Shown here: piece after piece, positions 35,876-46,470 of the stretch
Numbering within the stretch: the first letter of the stretch is position 1
How the letters are laid out: each line of letters opens with the position of its first letter
DNA from: Clostridia bacterium
GTDB taxonomy: Bacteria > Bacillota > Clostridia > Christensenellales > UBA3700
Assembly (NCBI GenBank): GCA_029060025.1
Contig: JAIDUV010000049.1
Coordinates: 8,904 to 72,903, forward strand
Reading direction: 5' to 3'
DNA length: 64,000 nt
Made by a program: the position numbers and the translations under genes
The notes under the pieces: generated by a model
Database searches by the model: none
Told to the model about the DNA's origin: nothing
What the model saw: only the letters and a program-made list of their open reading frames with translations

Positions 35876-37180
35876 CTGATATATTGCGTTTATTGCTCTT
35901 TCATAATCATTCGTCGCAATACCCACAATAATGTTCATTTCGCTTGAACCTTGATCTATCATTCTGATGTTGATTTTTTCTTTAGCAAGCGCGCCTATAA
36001 GCGTTGCTGCGCTGCCCGGCTTAAAGGACATACCTTGACCGACTGTCGCAATCAAAGATATACCGCTCTTGATCTCGATATGGTCGGGATTGACGACTTT
36101 CTTTATACGCTCTATGACGACGTCTTCTTTGCCGGCAAGTTCGCTGTCGGCAATTACGATACTCATAGTGTCGATACCAGAAGGCATATGTTCAAAAGAA
36201 ATATTGTAATACTCAAGTACGGCAAGCACTTTGCGGACAAAGCCAAGTTCGCTATTCATCATAGACTTTTCGATATAGACTATGCTATAGCCCTTTTTGC
36301 CGGCAATACCAGTGATAACTCTCTTGCCAAGTTCTTTTTCGTCAAGATCGGCTACTATCATAGTGCCGTCTGCCGCCGGACAGAAAGTATTGCGAATATT
36401 GATTGGAATTTTGCTTATTCTTACAGGGAAAATCGACTCGGGGTGAAGCACGTTGGCGCCCATATAAGCCAGTTCTCTAAGTTCTTTATACGAAAGCGTG
36501 GCTATCGGCTTTGGATTTTCGACAATACGCGGGTCTGCCGACATAAATCCGTTGACGTCCGTCCAGTTTTCATATAGGCTTGCGCCTACTGCTCTTGCTA
36601 TTACAGCACCCGATACGTCAGAGCCTCCTCTGCTGAATGTGTGTACGATACCTGCCTCGTCTCCGCCGTAGAAACCCGGCACAACTGCTCTTTCGACATT
36701 AGCAAGCGCGCTCTTTACCTTCTCGTTGGTAAGTTCTGCTTGGAAATCTCCGTTTTCGTTGAAGACCATAATATCCTTGGCGTCAATAAAGGTATATCCC
36801 AGCACCTTTGCCATAATCACGGCAGAAAGGTACTCACCTCTCGACGCGCAAAACTCTGCCGAATCGTATTTATTCATCTCTTCTTCGACTTTGTCGAGAT
36901 AACTGTCAATATCAAGGTCTATTGCAAGGTCTGCGACAATACCTTTAAATCTATCTCTTATCTTATCAAAAGTATCTTTGCACTCGCCGTTGATTTGCAA
37001 GTCGTGATAACAAGCGTATAACATATCCGTGACCTTGTGGTCTTGCGAAAATCTCTTGCCCGGAGCCGACACTACGACGTATCTGCGTTTTGCGTCTTGC
37101 TTAATAATTTCGGCTACTTGAGTGATTGCCTTGGCGTCTGCCATTGACGTACCGCCGAATTTTGCCACTGTGATTGACAT
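35858..37180 (-). CDS. Aspartate kinase
   Basis: 440 aa. VAKFGGTSMADA, VVSAPGK, and ACT-type C-terminal repeats. Confidence 0.9.
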   Translation of the reverse strand: MSITVAKFGGTSMADAKAITQVAEIIKQDAKRRYVVVSAPGKRFSQDHKVTDMLYACYHDLQINGECKDTFDKIRDRFKGIVADLAIDLDIDSYLDKVEEEMNKYDSAEFCASRGEYLSAVIMAKVLGYTFIDAKDIMVFNENGDFQAELTNEKVKSALANVERAVVPGFYGGDEAGIVHTFSRGGSDVSGAVIARAVGASLYENWTDVNGFMSADPRIVENPKPIATLSYKELRELAYMGANVLHPESIFPVRISKIPINIRNTFCPAADGTMIVADLDEKELGKRVITGIAGKKGYSIVYIEKSMMNSELGFVRKVLAVLEYYNISFEHMPSGIDTMSIVIADSELAGKEDVVIERIKKVVNPDHIEIKSGISLIATVGQGMSFKPGSAATLIGALAKEKINIRMIDQGSSEMNIIVGIATNDYERAINAIYQAFASK

Positions 37181-37328
37181 AATGTACCTCTAACCTTTTT
37201 CTTACCCAATTCCATTGCTATCAATTAGCAGCAGCATTAGGTATATTTTATAATATAATAAATTTTACCAATTTATATAACATATTTTACATTGCCTTTA
37301 AGTTTTTGGCAAGTAAATAACCGAGCAA

Positions 37329-38567
37329 TTACAAAATTACTCTGCACTCGAGATAATATCTCTTGTCCTCTGCGTGTCCCATCGAGAAAGATTTGCGAGG
37401 CAACACGCCGCGTCTTACGACGTAATCAAAAAGTCCGTTCTTTTCAAGGCAAGGCATAAAGACTGCGACTGCATTCTTTTCTTTAGCCACGTTTAGCAAA
37501 TGCTCGTCTCCGTGGATATAGTCGATTACCATATCTCTATGCGACTTGTTATACTCATCCATAAGTTGCTGTATATCCGCAATAGCGTCGCTGGCATTGG
37601 CAGATACGTTCCAATAATGAGTATTTTCTCCGTATACGACCTTGACTTGACTCTCTCCGCCGGACTTTGCAAGTCCGCTCTTCATATATTGGACAAACTC
37701 CTCTCCTACGCCGAATACCGCTCTGTGAATTGGCTGAAACTCCAAAGACGCGTCGTGCAAGTTGACTAGTTCGCAAAGCGCGTATCTTGCAGGATGTTTG
37801 TCAAGATCGTCGCCGCTCAACGTCTTTTTGATATTATTCCAACACTCTTTTGCCGTTGCAAGAGAATGATTGCCATCACCGACTGCAAATAAAATAGGTC
37901 TATCACTGCCGTACTTCTCCGTCAAAGTATCTTTGTCCAAAAGATTATTTAGGGAGTCGATTATGTCTTTGCAATCTTTTATCTTATATCCTTTAATGCT
38001 TCCGCCGTCCATATTGAGGGCAAAATCGTAAGCCATTTCAAATTGGTCTTTGCGCGCGTATAGACTTTCGATAATCTTGTCCTTGCGATCGTCCATAAGC
38101 ATCATTATGTGCGGACTTTCAAGACACGCGCCTTTGCGCACTTCTATTCTTGCGGGCAATCTCTCGACGACGGTCTTTTCGGTGGCTTTGATAAGCGCAT
38201 CGTTTTGCGGAGTGTATTCATAATCTTCAAGGTCAACGGCTATGACAAGCCCCAACCTCTTCTGTCCGTCGGAAGTAATTCTCTCAACGAGTATAAATCC
38301 CTCAAACTCTTCAAATATACTCTCTTGCAAATACTTCTGCATATTTGCATTGATCGACTTTATTCTGTCTTGTTTGTCTGCACATTCCAAGTACACTTCA
38401 GGGAATATTATTCGCAAAGTCGACGGCGCGTCACCGACAAACTTATCGAGTTTTTCCCAATAATCGGCTTGCGAAGTAAATTGATCGCACGCTATCACGC
38501 TCCACTTGCTTTTGTCAACGCTTACTTTTGGTAAAAGTATTTTTGGAATTTTTATCGTATCTTTCAT
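37329..38567 (-). CDS. DUF1015-family protein
   Basis: Start moved to ATG 38567 (RBS aaaggaaag). The listed N-terminal extension reads through a REP unit. WSVIACDQFTSQ and FAVGDGNHS are typical of DUF1015. Confidence 0.7.
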   Translation of the reverse strand: MKDTIKIPKILLPKVSVDKSKWSVIACDQFTSQADYWEKLDKFVGDAPSTLRIIFPEVYLECADKQDRIKSINANMQKYLQESIFEEFEGFILVERITSDGQKRLGLVIAVDLEDYEYTPQNDALIKATEKTVVERLPARIEVRKGACLESPHIMMLMDDRKDKIIESLYARKDQFEMAYDFALNMDGGSIKGYKIKDCKDIIDSLNNLLDKDTLTEKYGSDRPILFAVGDGNHSLATAKECWNNIKKTLSGDDLDKHPARYALCELVNLHDASLEFQPIHRAVFGVGEEFVQYMKSGLAKSGGESQVKVVYGENTHYWNVSANASDAIADIQQLMDEYNKSHRDMVIDYIHGDEHLLNVAKEKNAVAVFMPCLEKNGLFDYVVRRGVLPRKSFSMGHAEDKRYYLECRVIL

Positions 38568-38589
38568 ATTCTTTCCTTTGTTTTTATAA

Positions 38590-38626
38590 AGATTTCTCCA
38601 CGACGCTTCGCTTTGGTCGAAATGAC
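38590..38626 (-). repeat. REP-like unit, long form, reverse orientation
   Basis: Reverse complement is gtcatttcgaccaaagcgaagcgtcgtggagaaatct. Confidence 0.85.
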
Positions 38627-38725
38627 ACAGCAAGATTGCCGCAGGAACTCAAGCCGAGACTCGCCCAACAAAAATGCCAGACTATAAATAGTTTGGCATT
38701 AAAAATCTTTTTTAGGGAGAAAGGT

Positions 38726-39565
38726 TTAATTTTTCTTATGCCCCTTTTTGTCGTGCTTCTTGACTGCCGATTGAGAACTTATTCTGTAGATAACTTTAAT
38801 CTCTTCGAGCAATTTCTCAGGAGTCATATATCTCTTGATAGTACCGCCCTGCACAACGCTGATAATACCGCTCTCTTCGCTGACTACGATAGCAAATACG
38901 TCGCTCTCCTCTGTGATACCTATTGCCGCTCTGTGACGAGTACCGAGGTCTTTTGCAAGTGTGACTTCTTGCGACAGCGGCAAGAAACAGCCTGCTGATA
39001 TTATTCTATTGCCAAGCACTACGACCGCGCCGTCGTGCAATGGTCCTTTGGTGCTGAAGATACTTTCCAAAAGTCCGCTGGATATAGTCGCGTCCAAAGC
39101 CGTACCGGTATCAAGGATATGAGGCGGTATCTCCGTCGGAGCAATAATAATCAATGCGCCCACGTCGTTCTTTGCCATATTCTGACAAGCCTTGACCATC
39201 TCGGTTGCAGAGATCAAAAGTTCTTCGTCGGTAGTATTATAATTATACTTGACTTTTTGACGTCTTGCCAACTTGCTCATAAAAATCTTGAGGTCGGATC
39301 TATAGACTTCTACCATTGCCACAATCCAGAAAATATTGAAATATCTCAACACGTCAATAGCAATCTTAGCCTGGTCGTAATAGATATTCAAAATCAAAAG
39401 AGCCAGATATACCACAGCGTATACTGATACGACTACCGCCATACGGTAACTGTTGCGTCTTGCAAAAAACACAAACATCATTATAGCGACTGCCAAAGTC
39501 ACCAATATATCAATTACCACCCACGCTTGAGATGCGTCCGCTGCCAATAAGGTGTTGAGCAACAT
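38726..39565 (-). CDS. cdaA: Diadenylate cyclase CdaA
   Basis: 279 aa. Three N-terminal TM segments plus a DAC domain (GALIII, HDGAVVV, GTRHRAAIGITEESD). Confidence 0.9.
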   Translation of the reverse strand: MLLNTLLAADASQAWVVIDILVTLAVAIMMFVFFARRNSYRMAVVVSVYAVVYLALLILNIYYDQAKIAIDVLRYFNIFWIVAMVEVYRSDLKIFMSKLARRQKVKYNYNTTDEELLISATEMVKACQNMAKNDVGALIIIAPTEIPPHILDTGTALDATISSGLLESIFSTKGPLHDGAVVVLGNRIISAGCFLPLSQEVTLAKDLGTRHRAAIGITEESDVFAIVVSEESGIISVVQGGTIKRYMTPEKLLEEIKVIYRISSQSAVKKHDKKGHKKN

Positions 39566-39655
39566 TATATCTTCTCCTTAAATTTTTACTTCTATATTAT
39601 AATATAATTTTTTTTTGCAAAAATAAAGTGTTTTTACTAAAGTTTTTGCAATATC

Positions 39656-41077
39656 TTACATAAATGGGTCATCTTCTTGATTATTTTCAGACTTTTTTGG
39701 AGTTTTTGGAGGCTCTTGAGTATTTGCGGCATCGACAGGAGCATCCTCAAAAGGCTTTGGCTCTTCTTTAACGTCTACGTTTTCGCCCTCTTTGGCTTTT
39801 TTGGCTTTGACGTATTTATCAAAGTTCTTAGTCAAGTTGGCTCTTATTGCAAAAGATATGGCAATCAAGATTGCGATCAATACAATTTTGATTATGATAT
39901 TTGCCAAAGTCGCGCTATTACCGCTCTGTGTTCCGCCGTCCGGCAACTCGCTTTTCGCCACGTCGAGAACCGTCTCAAACGTCTCTGCGTTGGAATCGTC
40001 AAGCGCCGTAAGCGCAGTCTTGACGACTTCAAAAAGTTGTGCTTTGATATTTTCTTCCCCTTTACGCTCTACCATATTTTTCAACGTATCGTTTCGGGTA
40101 TGATATACGTTGTCTTTGCCTTTCATTTCGCTAAATAGCGGATTGTCGTTTATCTCCCAGTTAAGCGACAAAAAGTTTGCCGTAGGCACTTGCTTGACGT
40201 CAAAGAAATATTGATTGGACAACATTCCTATATGCGCATAATTATATATCGCGTCTTCAGAGAGAGCAAACTGACCTATATTTCTATCCTTTGGTACGGC
40301 GGTAACGTAATTGCCTCCGCACGCATTGAGATAACTTCCGTAAGTATTCTTGCTTTCGCCTGAGTAGATATACCAATTATCCCCTCCGCCAAGCATTGCA
40401 AAGTTGACGACTAGCGCAATCTTGTCGAGTTGCGCTCTGTCGAGATTATCGACGTAATTCCTTGCGCCTTTCCAGCCGTAGCAACTGCCGGAGAAAAACG
40501 CAAATGTCAAATCATAATCGCAAACCTTATCTTTGAGCGCTTCGGCAAGTGTCAGCATTACCGCCACGGAACTGCCACTCTCATAACTGCCGTCTGCATT
40601 CCACAAGTTGCCGCTTACGTCAGCCTTTTCCGAATACAGGTTGTCATAGCCGCACGCAAATATGATTTCGCCCTTGCTCTTTTCCGCTCCCGACTTCTTT
40701 GAAAAAATCACGTTATGAGCAAGCGCGTCCTTTACTTCTTCGCCGCTGAGTCTTTTAAAGGTCGTCTTGAATTGCTGCAAGCCCAAACCTTCCTCTGTTG
40801 AATACTCGCTTTCGTATCCCCAATCTATCATTAAGCCTGCAATATATTTAGCGGCGTCAAGTTCGCCTTGCGTACCCACGGTTCTGTTTTGAAGCGCCTC
40901 GCCCGACAGAGTTTGCAAATATTCATACGCCCTGTCCCCAAGACTTGCGTCTATGCCGTCTACTTGCTTGACTTCAATTTGTTTAGAAGTACAACCGACA
41001 AAAAACAACGTGACAAGCACGCTCAACAGCGCTATTACAATTACGCATATCTTTTTTGAATTATATATCTTCTTCAT
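39656..41077 (-). CDS. M28-peptidase-like lipoprotein with C-terminal TM anchor (possibly inactive)
   Basis: Start ATG 41077 (RBS gaggtg). Lipobox FFVGC. ELDAAKYIAGLM...SGSSVAVMLTLAEAL resembles the M28 fold, but the GADDNASG metal motif is degenerate. Confidence 0.4.
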   Translation of the reverse strand: MKKIYNSKKICVIVIALLSVLVTLFFVGCTSKQIEVKQVDGIDASLGDRAYEYLQTLSGEALQNRTVGTQGELDAAKYIAGLMIDWGYESEYSTEEGLGLQQFKTTFKRLSGEEVKDALAHNVIFSKKSGAEKSKGEIIFACGYDNLYSEKADVSGNLWNADGSYESGSSVAVMLTLAEALKDKVCDYDLTFAFFSGSCYGWKGARNYVDNLDRAQLDKIALVVNFAMLGGGDNWYIYSGESKNTYGSYLNACGGNYVTAVPKDRNIGQFALSEDAIYNYAHIGMLSNQYFFDVKQVPTANFLSLNWEINDNPLFSEMKGKDNVYHTRNDTLKNMVERKGEENIKAQLFEVVKTALTALDDSNAETFETVLDVAKSELPDGGTQSGNSATLANIIIKIVLIAILIAISFAIRANLTKNFDKYVKAKKAKEGENVDVKEEPKPFEDAPVDAANTQEPPKTPKKSENNQEDDPFM

Positions 41078-41085
41078 ATCCCACC

Positions 41086-41694
41086 TCACGCAAACAAGAC
41101 CAACACTATCGTCGGCAACAACATTATGTTGAGAAGCAATGGGCGGTAAATCTTTTCCAAACCTTTTGAATAGGTAAAGTAAAAGATTGCCATTGAAATC
41201 AGCGCAAGCGCAGGCGGTATAAATACGTTTCCGAAGTTATCCAACGTCGGATAAAAATTAAATATCACTTGGAATATACCCAGCAATACGGTGAGTATTA
41301 TCATACTGCTGTCAAGACATATTCTAAACTTACGTATGTCAAAACCAACTCCGAATACCCTCATCTGATTGAATACCAGATTGGCAAAAAATTTTGCGTA
41401 TAAAAAATAAAATAAGAAAAACAACAACGCGCATATTGCCGGCAACATTATCTTCATCGTAAGCAGCATCGTATTGCCCATTGACGAAATATACTCGGCA
41501 AGAGATATTCCGAATAAGTCAGTATACGACGGATCGAGAACCGCGACAAAAAGCGAGTTGAAATTGCGCTTGCCAAAGAAAAAGAGCGAAAAAAACATTC
41601 CCGCATACAGCAAGACTTTTAATATTATTGTCACCCAATCGTTTTTTAATTTAGGCGTTCTTGGTGCGCCAAACGCCTGTCTTTCATTTTGCAT
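41086..41694 (-). CDS. Polytopic membrane protein, unknown function
   Basis: 202 aa with about 5 TM segments. Overlaps the holA stop and abuts the next gene. Confidence 0.6.
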   Translation of the reverse strand: MQNERQAFGAPRTPKLKNDWVTIILKVLLYAGMFFSLFFFGKRNFNSLFVAVLDPSYTDLFGISLAEYISSMGNTMLLTMKIMLPAICALLFFLFYFLYAKFFANLVFNQMRVFGVGFDIRKFRICLDSSMIILTVLLGIFQVIFNFYPTLDNFGNVFIPPALALISMAIFYFTYSKGLEKIYRPLLLNIMLLPTIVLVLFA

Positions 41695-42679
41695 AAGTCT
41701 TTCCCATAAGGTGTATTATTGCCAAATCAAGAGCGCTATCTTGCGAAATCTTTCCGCTCTTGAAGTCATATTCAAGTTGATATAGATAATATACCGCGTC
41801 TTTGAGTTTTGTCAAAAAGCCGCCTACTCTGCGCTTTGCCTCGTCAATTTTCTTTTTCGTCATAAAAAGCGCGCCCTTTTTCATTCCCAACCTTTCGCAC
41901 AAGAAGTCTTCGTCTCCTTCGTTGGTCATTATCGCAAACATACGCTTAAACGTCAGCGTGAGTGTCGCAAGTATCATAGACGGCTTATCACCTCTGCTCA
42001 AAAGCACGCCTATAATTCCCATAGCCTTGTCATACTGTCCGTCCTGTATTGCGTATATAAATTCAAATACTTGCGTCTCGGTATCAGTCGCGACGATATA
42101 GTCTATGACCTGTCTGTCAATCTCTATTTCGTTGCCCGCGTATATCATAAGTTTGTTGACTTCGTTGTTTATCTTACCGAAGTCCTTATTGCAGCGGTTG
42201 ACGATTTCCGACAACGCCGATTTGTCGTACTTGACCTTATAGAAATTGAACAGCGTCTGAATATAATTTACGTAGTCAATAAGCCCCATTCTATTGCAGT
42301 CTACGTCGACGACGTATTGATTTATCGCATTCTTTATTGTCGGACAGTTGACAAGTATGAGTATATTGCCCTCAATAGTATTGTCTACGTAATCCAACCA
42401 ATTCTCCGTCTCCGCCATAGTGAGTTTTTTGTTGAAGTCTTTGACTATGACAAGCCGTCTATCTCCAAACATAGACGGATATGACAACGACGCAATCACT
42501 TCGTCTTGACTAATATCGTTGCCCTCGAATTTCTGCACGCAATACTCTCTCGTGTCGGCAGGAATAAGCGCGTAGAACTTTTCCAAAGCAAACAAAATCA
42601 TACCCTCGTCGTCACCGCTAAGCGCATAGATGTCAGATATATTAGTCTTAAAAGTTTGCTTGAGTTGAAGAACCTGCAT
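41684..42679 (-). CDS. holA: DNA polymerase III delta subunit
   Basis: Start ATG 42679 (RBS ggagg) overlaps the comEC stop as TGATG. Size, the comEC-holA synteny typical of Firmicutes, and an N-terminal region (DRRLVIVKDF) resembling HolA. Confidence 0.75.
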   Translation of the reverse strand: MQVLQLKQTFKTNISDIYALSGDDEGMILFALEKFYALIPADTREYCVQKFEGNDISQDEVIASLSYPSMFGDRRLVIVKDFNKKLTMAETENWLDYVDNTIEGNILILVNCPTIKNAINQYVVDVDCNRMGLIDYVNYIQTLFNFYKVKYDKSALSEIVNRCNKDFGKINNEVNKLMIYAGNEIEIDRQVIDYIVATDTETQVFEFIYAIQDGQYDKAMGIIGVLLSRGDKPSMILATLTLTFKRMFAIMTNEGDEDFLCERLGMKKGALFMTKKKIDEAKRRVGGFLTKLKDAVYYLYQLEYDFKSGKISQDSALDLAIIHLMGKTYAK

Positions 42680-44817
42680 CACTGCCTCCAAGATCTTTCG
42701 ACTTTTATTCTATCATTATTTAATTCAAAAGTAAACGTACTAGGCACGTAATTTTTGACAGAATTATCAAAACCAATGTCGCAAACGATATATTTCCCCT
42801 CCGTATCTCCGCTGATGACGTTGTAAGTCACGAGTATTTGATAGTTTTCGTCACTTACGAAATAATCGTCCGCCATTACTCTCAATGTCGTTCCTCCCGA
42901 CACAATATCCAACGTTCCGTAATTAAGATAGCCTGTCGTCAATCCGTCCTCGACGACAGAAGTCCCTGCATAAATTCCGCTTGACGTATGCGCCACGCTG
43001 TAGACGTACGGACAGTTGGTCGCCATCTGCAACTTCTTGAGATAATAATCGTCGACGTCGCCCACGATTATTATTCCGTCGATTTTAGAGAATTTATTCT
43101 CGCTCATAGCGGTTTTTACACTTTCCACACTATCACCGCTCGTCTTATCGTTGATTATCAAATATTCTCCGCCAAACGCATTGTCAACTAGTATATATTG
43201 ACAGTCGTATTTGTCGGCAAAACAGTATACGTACAAATCGTTTGAGCCCCATATTCTAAATGCCGTAGACACTGTAAATACTAATGCGAATACAAAAAAT
43301 ACCGCGGCAATACGCTTGATATTTTTGTGTACGAATACGTATTCCGACAACAAGAGTGTGCTCAGTATGCTAATAAGAATAATAACTGCGTTGGTATCGA
43401 AGTTGATAATCAGCGCGGGTATTTTGCTTATCCACCCGATAAGCATTGACAAAAGCGTAAACGGAGCCGCCACCGCCGTCACAAGCCAACCCATAAACGG
43501 CGCAACCGACGCCAACGTAACGGCAAAAAGGTATATAGGAAATATTACTCCCATCACAGGCAAGAGCAAAAGATTGGCAATAATAAAAAGCAGCGTCTGC
43601 CCGCTGAAAAAATACATCATCAATGGCAAAAGCGCGACGTTGACGGCTATGGATACGGCAATCAAACTGCCAAGCCGTTTGGGCAACTTTTTAAATATCT
43701 TTTCAAGCGGTTTGCGCAACGTGAGTATGCCGAATACCGCAAAGAAACTCATCAAAAATCCTATGTCAAACAAATAGATCTGATCAACTGTTAATATACC
43801 GCTTGCCACCAACGACATACTTGAAATTCCGTCGTTGCGCATACCCAGCGCCTTGGCTAGCATAAGCATTACCGTCATTACGCTTGCCCGCACTGTGGAC
43901 GGTGAAAAACCGCACAGCGCAGTGAAAATAATCAAGACAACGCTCATTATCGCAAGTCTTATCACTCGGTTATTGAGTTTGATTCTCTTGAATATCCAAA
44001 GCAATCCGCCGGCAAGTATACCCACGTGCAAACCCGATACGGCAAAGACGTGCGCCGTGCCTGTATAACTGAAATTGCTTTTGATTTGCGTATCCAATCC
44101 GTTTTTGTCACCAAAAGTCATTGCGTACAAAAAGCCTGCCGTATCCGACCTTGTGTATGAATATAGCGTACTCTTTACTTTGATCTTTATTCTATCAAGC
44201 AACTTCAGCCCCGACGATACTTTGTAAAAACAAAAATTTTCGTCGTCGAAATTTACTTCGCAATAGACATAGTGATATTGTTTGTTACGGTAATTCTGAA
44301 CGCTATACGCATCTTCAACGACAAGATTTTGCGGAGCAATACTACCTCTGAATTTAATTCTGTCACCTATCTTAAATCCTTCAAAAATCTCGCCGTCTGA
44401 AAATATTGCAACCGCCTTACCCTCTATTTCTTCTCCGTCGACGAGTATATTACTCAAGCATACCTGTATTCCAAATACATCGTTAGAAGGTTGCAGCGCG
44501 CCGTTTTCGTCGCAATCGGTAAGCATATCTATATCGGCTTCGATAAGAGAATTTTCGCTGTAAATTTGTCTGTTTTCAACCCTTGTATACGTAAGCGAAG
44601 TCAATCCCAGAAAGAGAAAAAATACCAAAATACATATAATAAGTTTGGGTCTTGACTTTTTGAATTGCTTTATAAATATAATTGACAAAAGCGCAATTAC
44701 CGCAAGCGCAACAATAGCAATCACTGTCGTATTACTGCAAAAAGTAATAGACAAAATTGCCAAGACAATGCTCAACAAAATCAGTGGAGCAATCCTGAAA
44801 TTAAATATTCTTTTCAT
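42679..44817 (-). CDS. comEC: ComEC/Rec2-family DNA internalization protein
   Basis: 712 aa. An OB-like N-terminal region then a polytopic competence domain (TGTAHVFAVSGLHVGIL). I see no clear HxHxDH beta-lactamase motif in the C-terminus. Confidence 0.8.
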   Translation of the reverse strand: MKRIFNFRIAPLILLSIVLAILSITFCSNTTVIAIVALAVIALLSIIFIKQFKKSRPKLIICILVFFLFLGLTSLTYTRVENRQIYSENSLIEADIDMLTDCDENGALQPSNDVFGIQVCLSNILVDGEEIEGKAVAIFSDGEIFEGFKIGDRIKFRGSIAPQNLVVEDAYSVQNYRNKQYHYVYCEVNFDDENFCFYKVSSGLKLLDRIKIKVKSTLYSYTRSDTAGFLYAMTFGDKNGLDTQIKSNFSYTGTAHVFAVSGLHVGILAGGLLWIFKRIKLNNRVIRLAIMSVVLIIFTALCGFSPSTVRASVMTVMLMLAKALGMRNDGISSMSLVASGILTVDQIYLFDIGFLMSFFAVFGILTLRKPLEKIFKKLPKRLGSLIAVSIAVNVALLPLMMYFFSGQTLLFIIANLLLLPVMGVIFPIYLFAVTLASVAPFMGWLVTAVAAPFTLLSMLIGWISKIPALIINFDTNAVIILISILSTLLLSEYVFVHKNIKRIAAVFFVFALVFTVSTAFRIWGSNDLYVYCFADKYDCQYILVDNAFGGEYLIINDKTSGDSVESVKTAMSENKFSKIDGIIIVGDVDDYYLKKLQMATNCPYVYSVAHTSSGIYAGTSVVEDGLTTGYLNYGTLDIVSGGTTLRVMADDYFVSDENYQILVTYNVISGDTEGKYIVCDIGFDNSVKNYVPSTFTFELNNDRIKVERSWRQ

Positions 44818-44856
44818 TTATTTTATCTTTAGTAAAGTAAGTTTTATCTACAACCC

Positions 44857-45390
44857 TTAATCTTTTAAAAACACTTCATTGTATAGATCTATGGCTTTGC
44901 TTATGGACTCTATTGCCGTATCCCTGCCGGACAGTTCAAGCACTTCCATCTTCTTGCCCTCAAGTTGTTTATATACTCCAAAAAAGTGTTTCATTTCTTC
45001 AATAATATGCGGCGGGAGTTGACTTACGTCTTTATATCCATTCCAGTTGGGGTCTTTAAAAGGTACCGCCAAAATCTTGATATCTTCCCTACCGTCGTCG
45101 ATCATCGCGATCTGCCCTATCGGATAGCACTTGACAAGCGCAAGCGGAGCAATCTCTTCGCTGCATATCACAAGCACGTCCAATGGGTCTCCGTCGTCTG
45201 CATACGTACGCGGAATAAATCCGTAATTTGCAGGATAGTGCGTCGCAGTATAAAGTATTCTGTCCAAAATAAGCATACCAGTCTGCTTATCGACTTCGTA
45301 CTTGTTTTTGCACCCCTTTGGAATTTCTATACACGCTATAAAATCCTCGCTGGCAATTCTGTCCTTACTTATGTCGTGCCAAATATTCAT
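44857..45390 (-). CDS. ppa: Inorganic pyrophosphatase (family I)
   Basis: 177 aa. IEIPKGCKNKYEVD, YPANYGFIP, DGDPLDVLV. Confidence 0.95.
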   Translation of the reverse strand: MNIWHDISKDRIASEDFIACIEIPKGCKNKYEVDKQTGMLILDRILYTATHYPANYGFIPRTYADDGDPLDVLVICSEEIAPLALVKCYPIGQIAMIDDGREDIKILAVPFKDPNWNGYKDVSQLPPHIIEEMKHFFGVYKQLEGKKMEVLELSGRDTAIESISKAIDLYNEVFLKD

Positions 45391-45566
45391 ACCTTCCCCT
45401 CCTTATCTTATTTAGTTGCTTGTTGCCTCTGACAAATTTGCTCAAATCAATATCAAAATTGCCGCGCTGGCTTACGCAAAGGCTTTTAATAGATATATTG
45501 TACTATAACTTTTTTGATAAATCTATACTTTTTTAAATAATTCGCATTATTTTTTTATTTTTTTGA

Positions 45567-45595
45567 TTGCAAATGCAAAAATAGTATGCTAATAT
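45567..45595 (+). promoter_or_regulatory. Candidate promoter of tRNA-Leu
   Basis: TTGCAA, 17 nt, TAATAT, about 60 nt upstream of the tRNA. Confidence 0.4.
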
Positions 45596-45656
45596 AATAA
45601 AGCAATAGCCGAATGTGTAGCAATTTGCTCTGTCGACTACTTGCCCACCCAAATAT

Positions 45657-45743
45657 GCCGAAGTGGTGGAATTGGCAGACGCGCCGGACTCAAAATCCGG
45701 TGATGGCGACATCGTGCGGGTTCAAGTCCCGCCTTCGGCACCA
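45657..45743 (+). tRNA. tRNA-Leu (anticodon CAA), class II, CCA encoded
   Basis: Acceptor GCCGAAG/CTTCGGC. Anticodon arm CCGGA-CTCAAAA-TCCGG. Long variable arm. T-arm GCGGG-TTCAAGT-CCCGC. Ends ACCA. Confidence 0.95.
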
Positions 45744-45746
45744 AAA

Positions 45747-45775
45747 ATACAAGGCTTTTGAGCCTTGTATTTTTA
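45747..45775 (+). terminator. Terminator after tRNA-Leu
   Basis: ATACAAGGCT tttg AGCCTTGTAT followed by TTTT. Confidence 0.8.
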
Positions 45776-45851
45776 CTTCTTACTTCTTCATCAATTTTGC
45801 GCCCGTCTGCCAAGCCTGACCTACTTTTTCTCCTATCGCATAGTAGCCGCT

Positions 45852-46351
45852 TTAAAATTGGTTGAATACAAACGCCTTTAGTTTTACAGGATTGACCTTT
45901 CCTTTTTCGTCAAGCACTTTTTCATCTGCAAGTACGTTAAGTATTTCTCCAAGCACTCTAAAACCGTAAACGGTATTTTGACATTCAACGACCTTACATT
46001 CAAGCGTCAAAGTAAATTCTTGCACTATCGGTGCGTTTATCCTTGAACTCTTTATTGCATGCAGTCCCGAACGCTCAAACTTATCTTTCATTTTATTACC
46101 CGTTGCAATGCCAAAAAAGTCAGCCACCTCGTTATGATCTATATCGACAATGCTCAATGTGAACGCCCCGTTCGTTTGATATTTTCGGAAGTCTTGTGAT
46201 CTTCGTCAATATTAAGCGCAACCATATTTTCAGCGCAAACTCCGCCCCAAGCCATATTCATAACGTCAACGGTTCCGTCTTCGTTATAGGTTGAAATCAT
46301 AAGCACGGGCATAGGAAAAGTATAAGGTTTTACTCCTAAATCTTTTAACAT
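45852..46351 (-). pseudogene. Flavin reductase-like (flavoredoxin) gene with a -1 frameshift
   Basis: ORFs 46154-46351 and 45852-46157 join as ...ENIKRTG|AFTLSIVDIDHNEVADFFG only if the C4 run at 46166-46169 (G4 on the coding strand) were 5 nt long. Confidence 0.7.
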
Positions 46352-46470
46352 ATTTTATACTCCTTATTATTTAATAGTATCTGAATTTTGTTTATAGGCT
46401 TTGGCACGCCTTGAAAACATAAATTTTATAATGATATTATAATTATGTCAAGTACGCACATTTATGTTAG

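Noticed and set aside
37181-37328. A lysine riboswitch (L-box) in the aspartate kinase leader.
   Set aside because: The leader is about 100 nt and AT-rich, with no L-box-like conserved helices. Only a plausible promoter (TTGCCA-N17-TAAAAT) is visible.
2115-38626. The short repeats as a CRISPR array.
   Set aside because: The units are scattered singly or in irregular clusters across 20 different intergenic gaps, occur in both orientations, and lack regular repeat-spacer periodicity. No cas genes are present.
46166-46169. The G4/C4 run at the flavin-reductase frameshift as a programmed or phase-variable site.
   Set aside because: A 4-nt run is too short for efficient slippage. The neighbouring hxlR remnant indicates ordinary decay, and a sequencing error remains possible.
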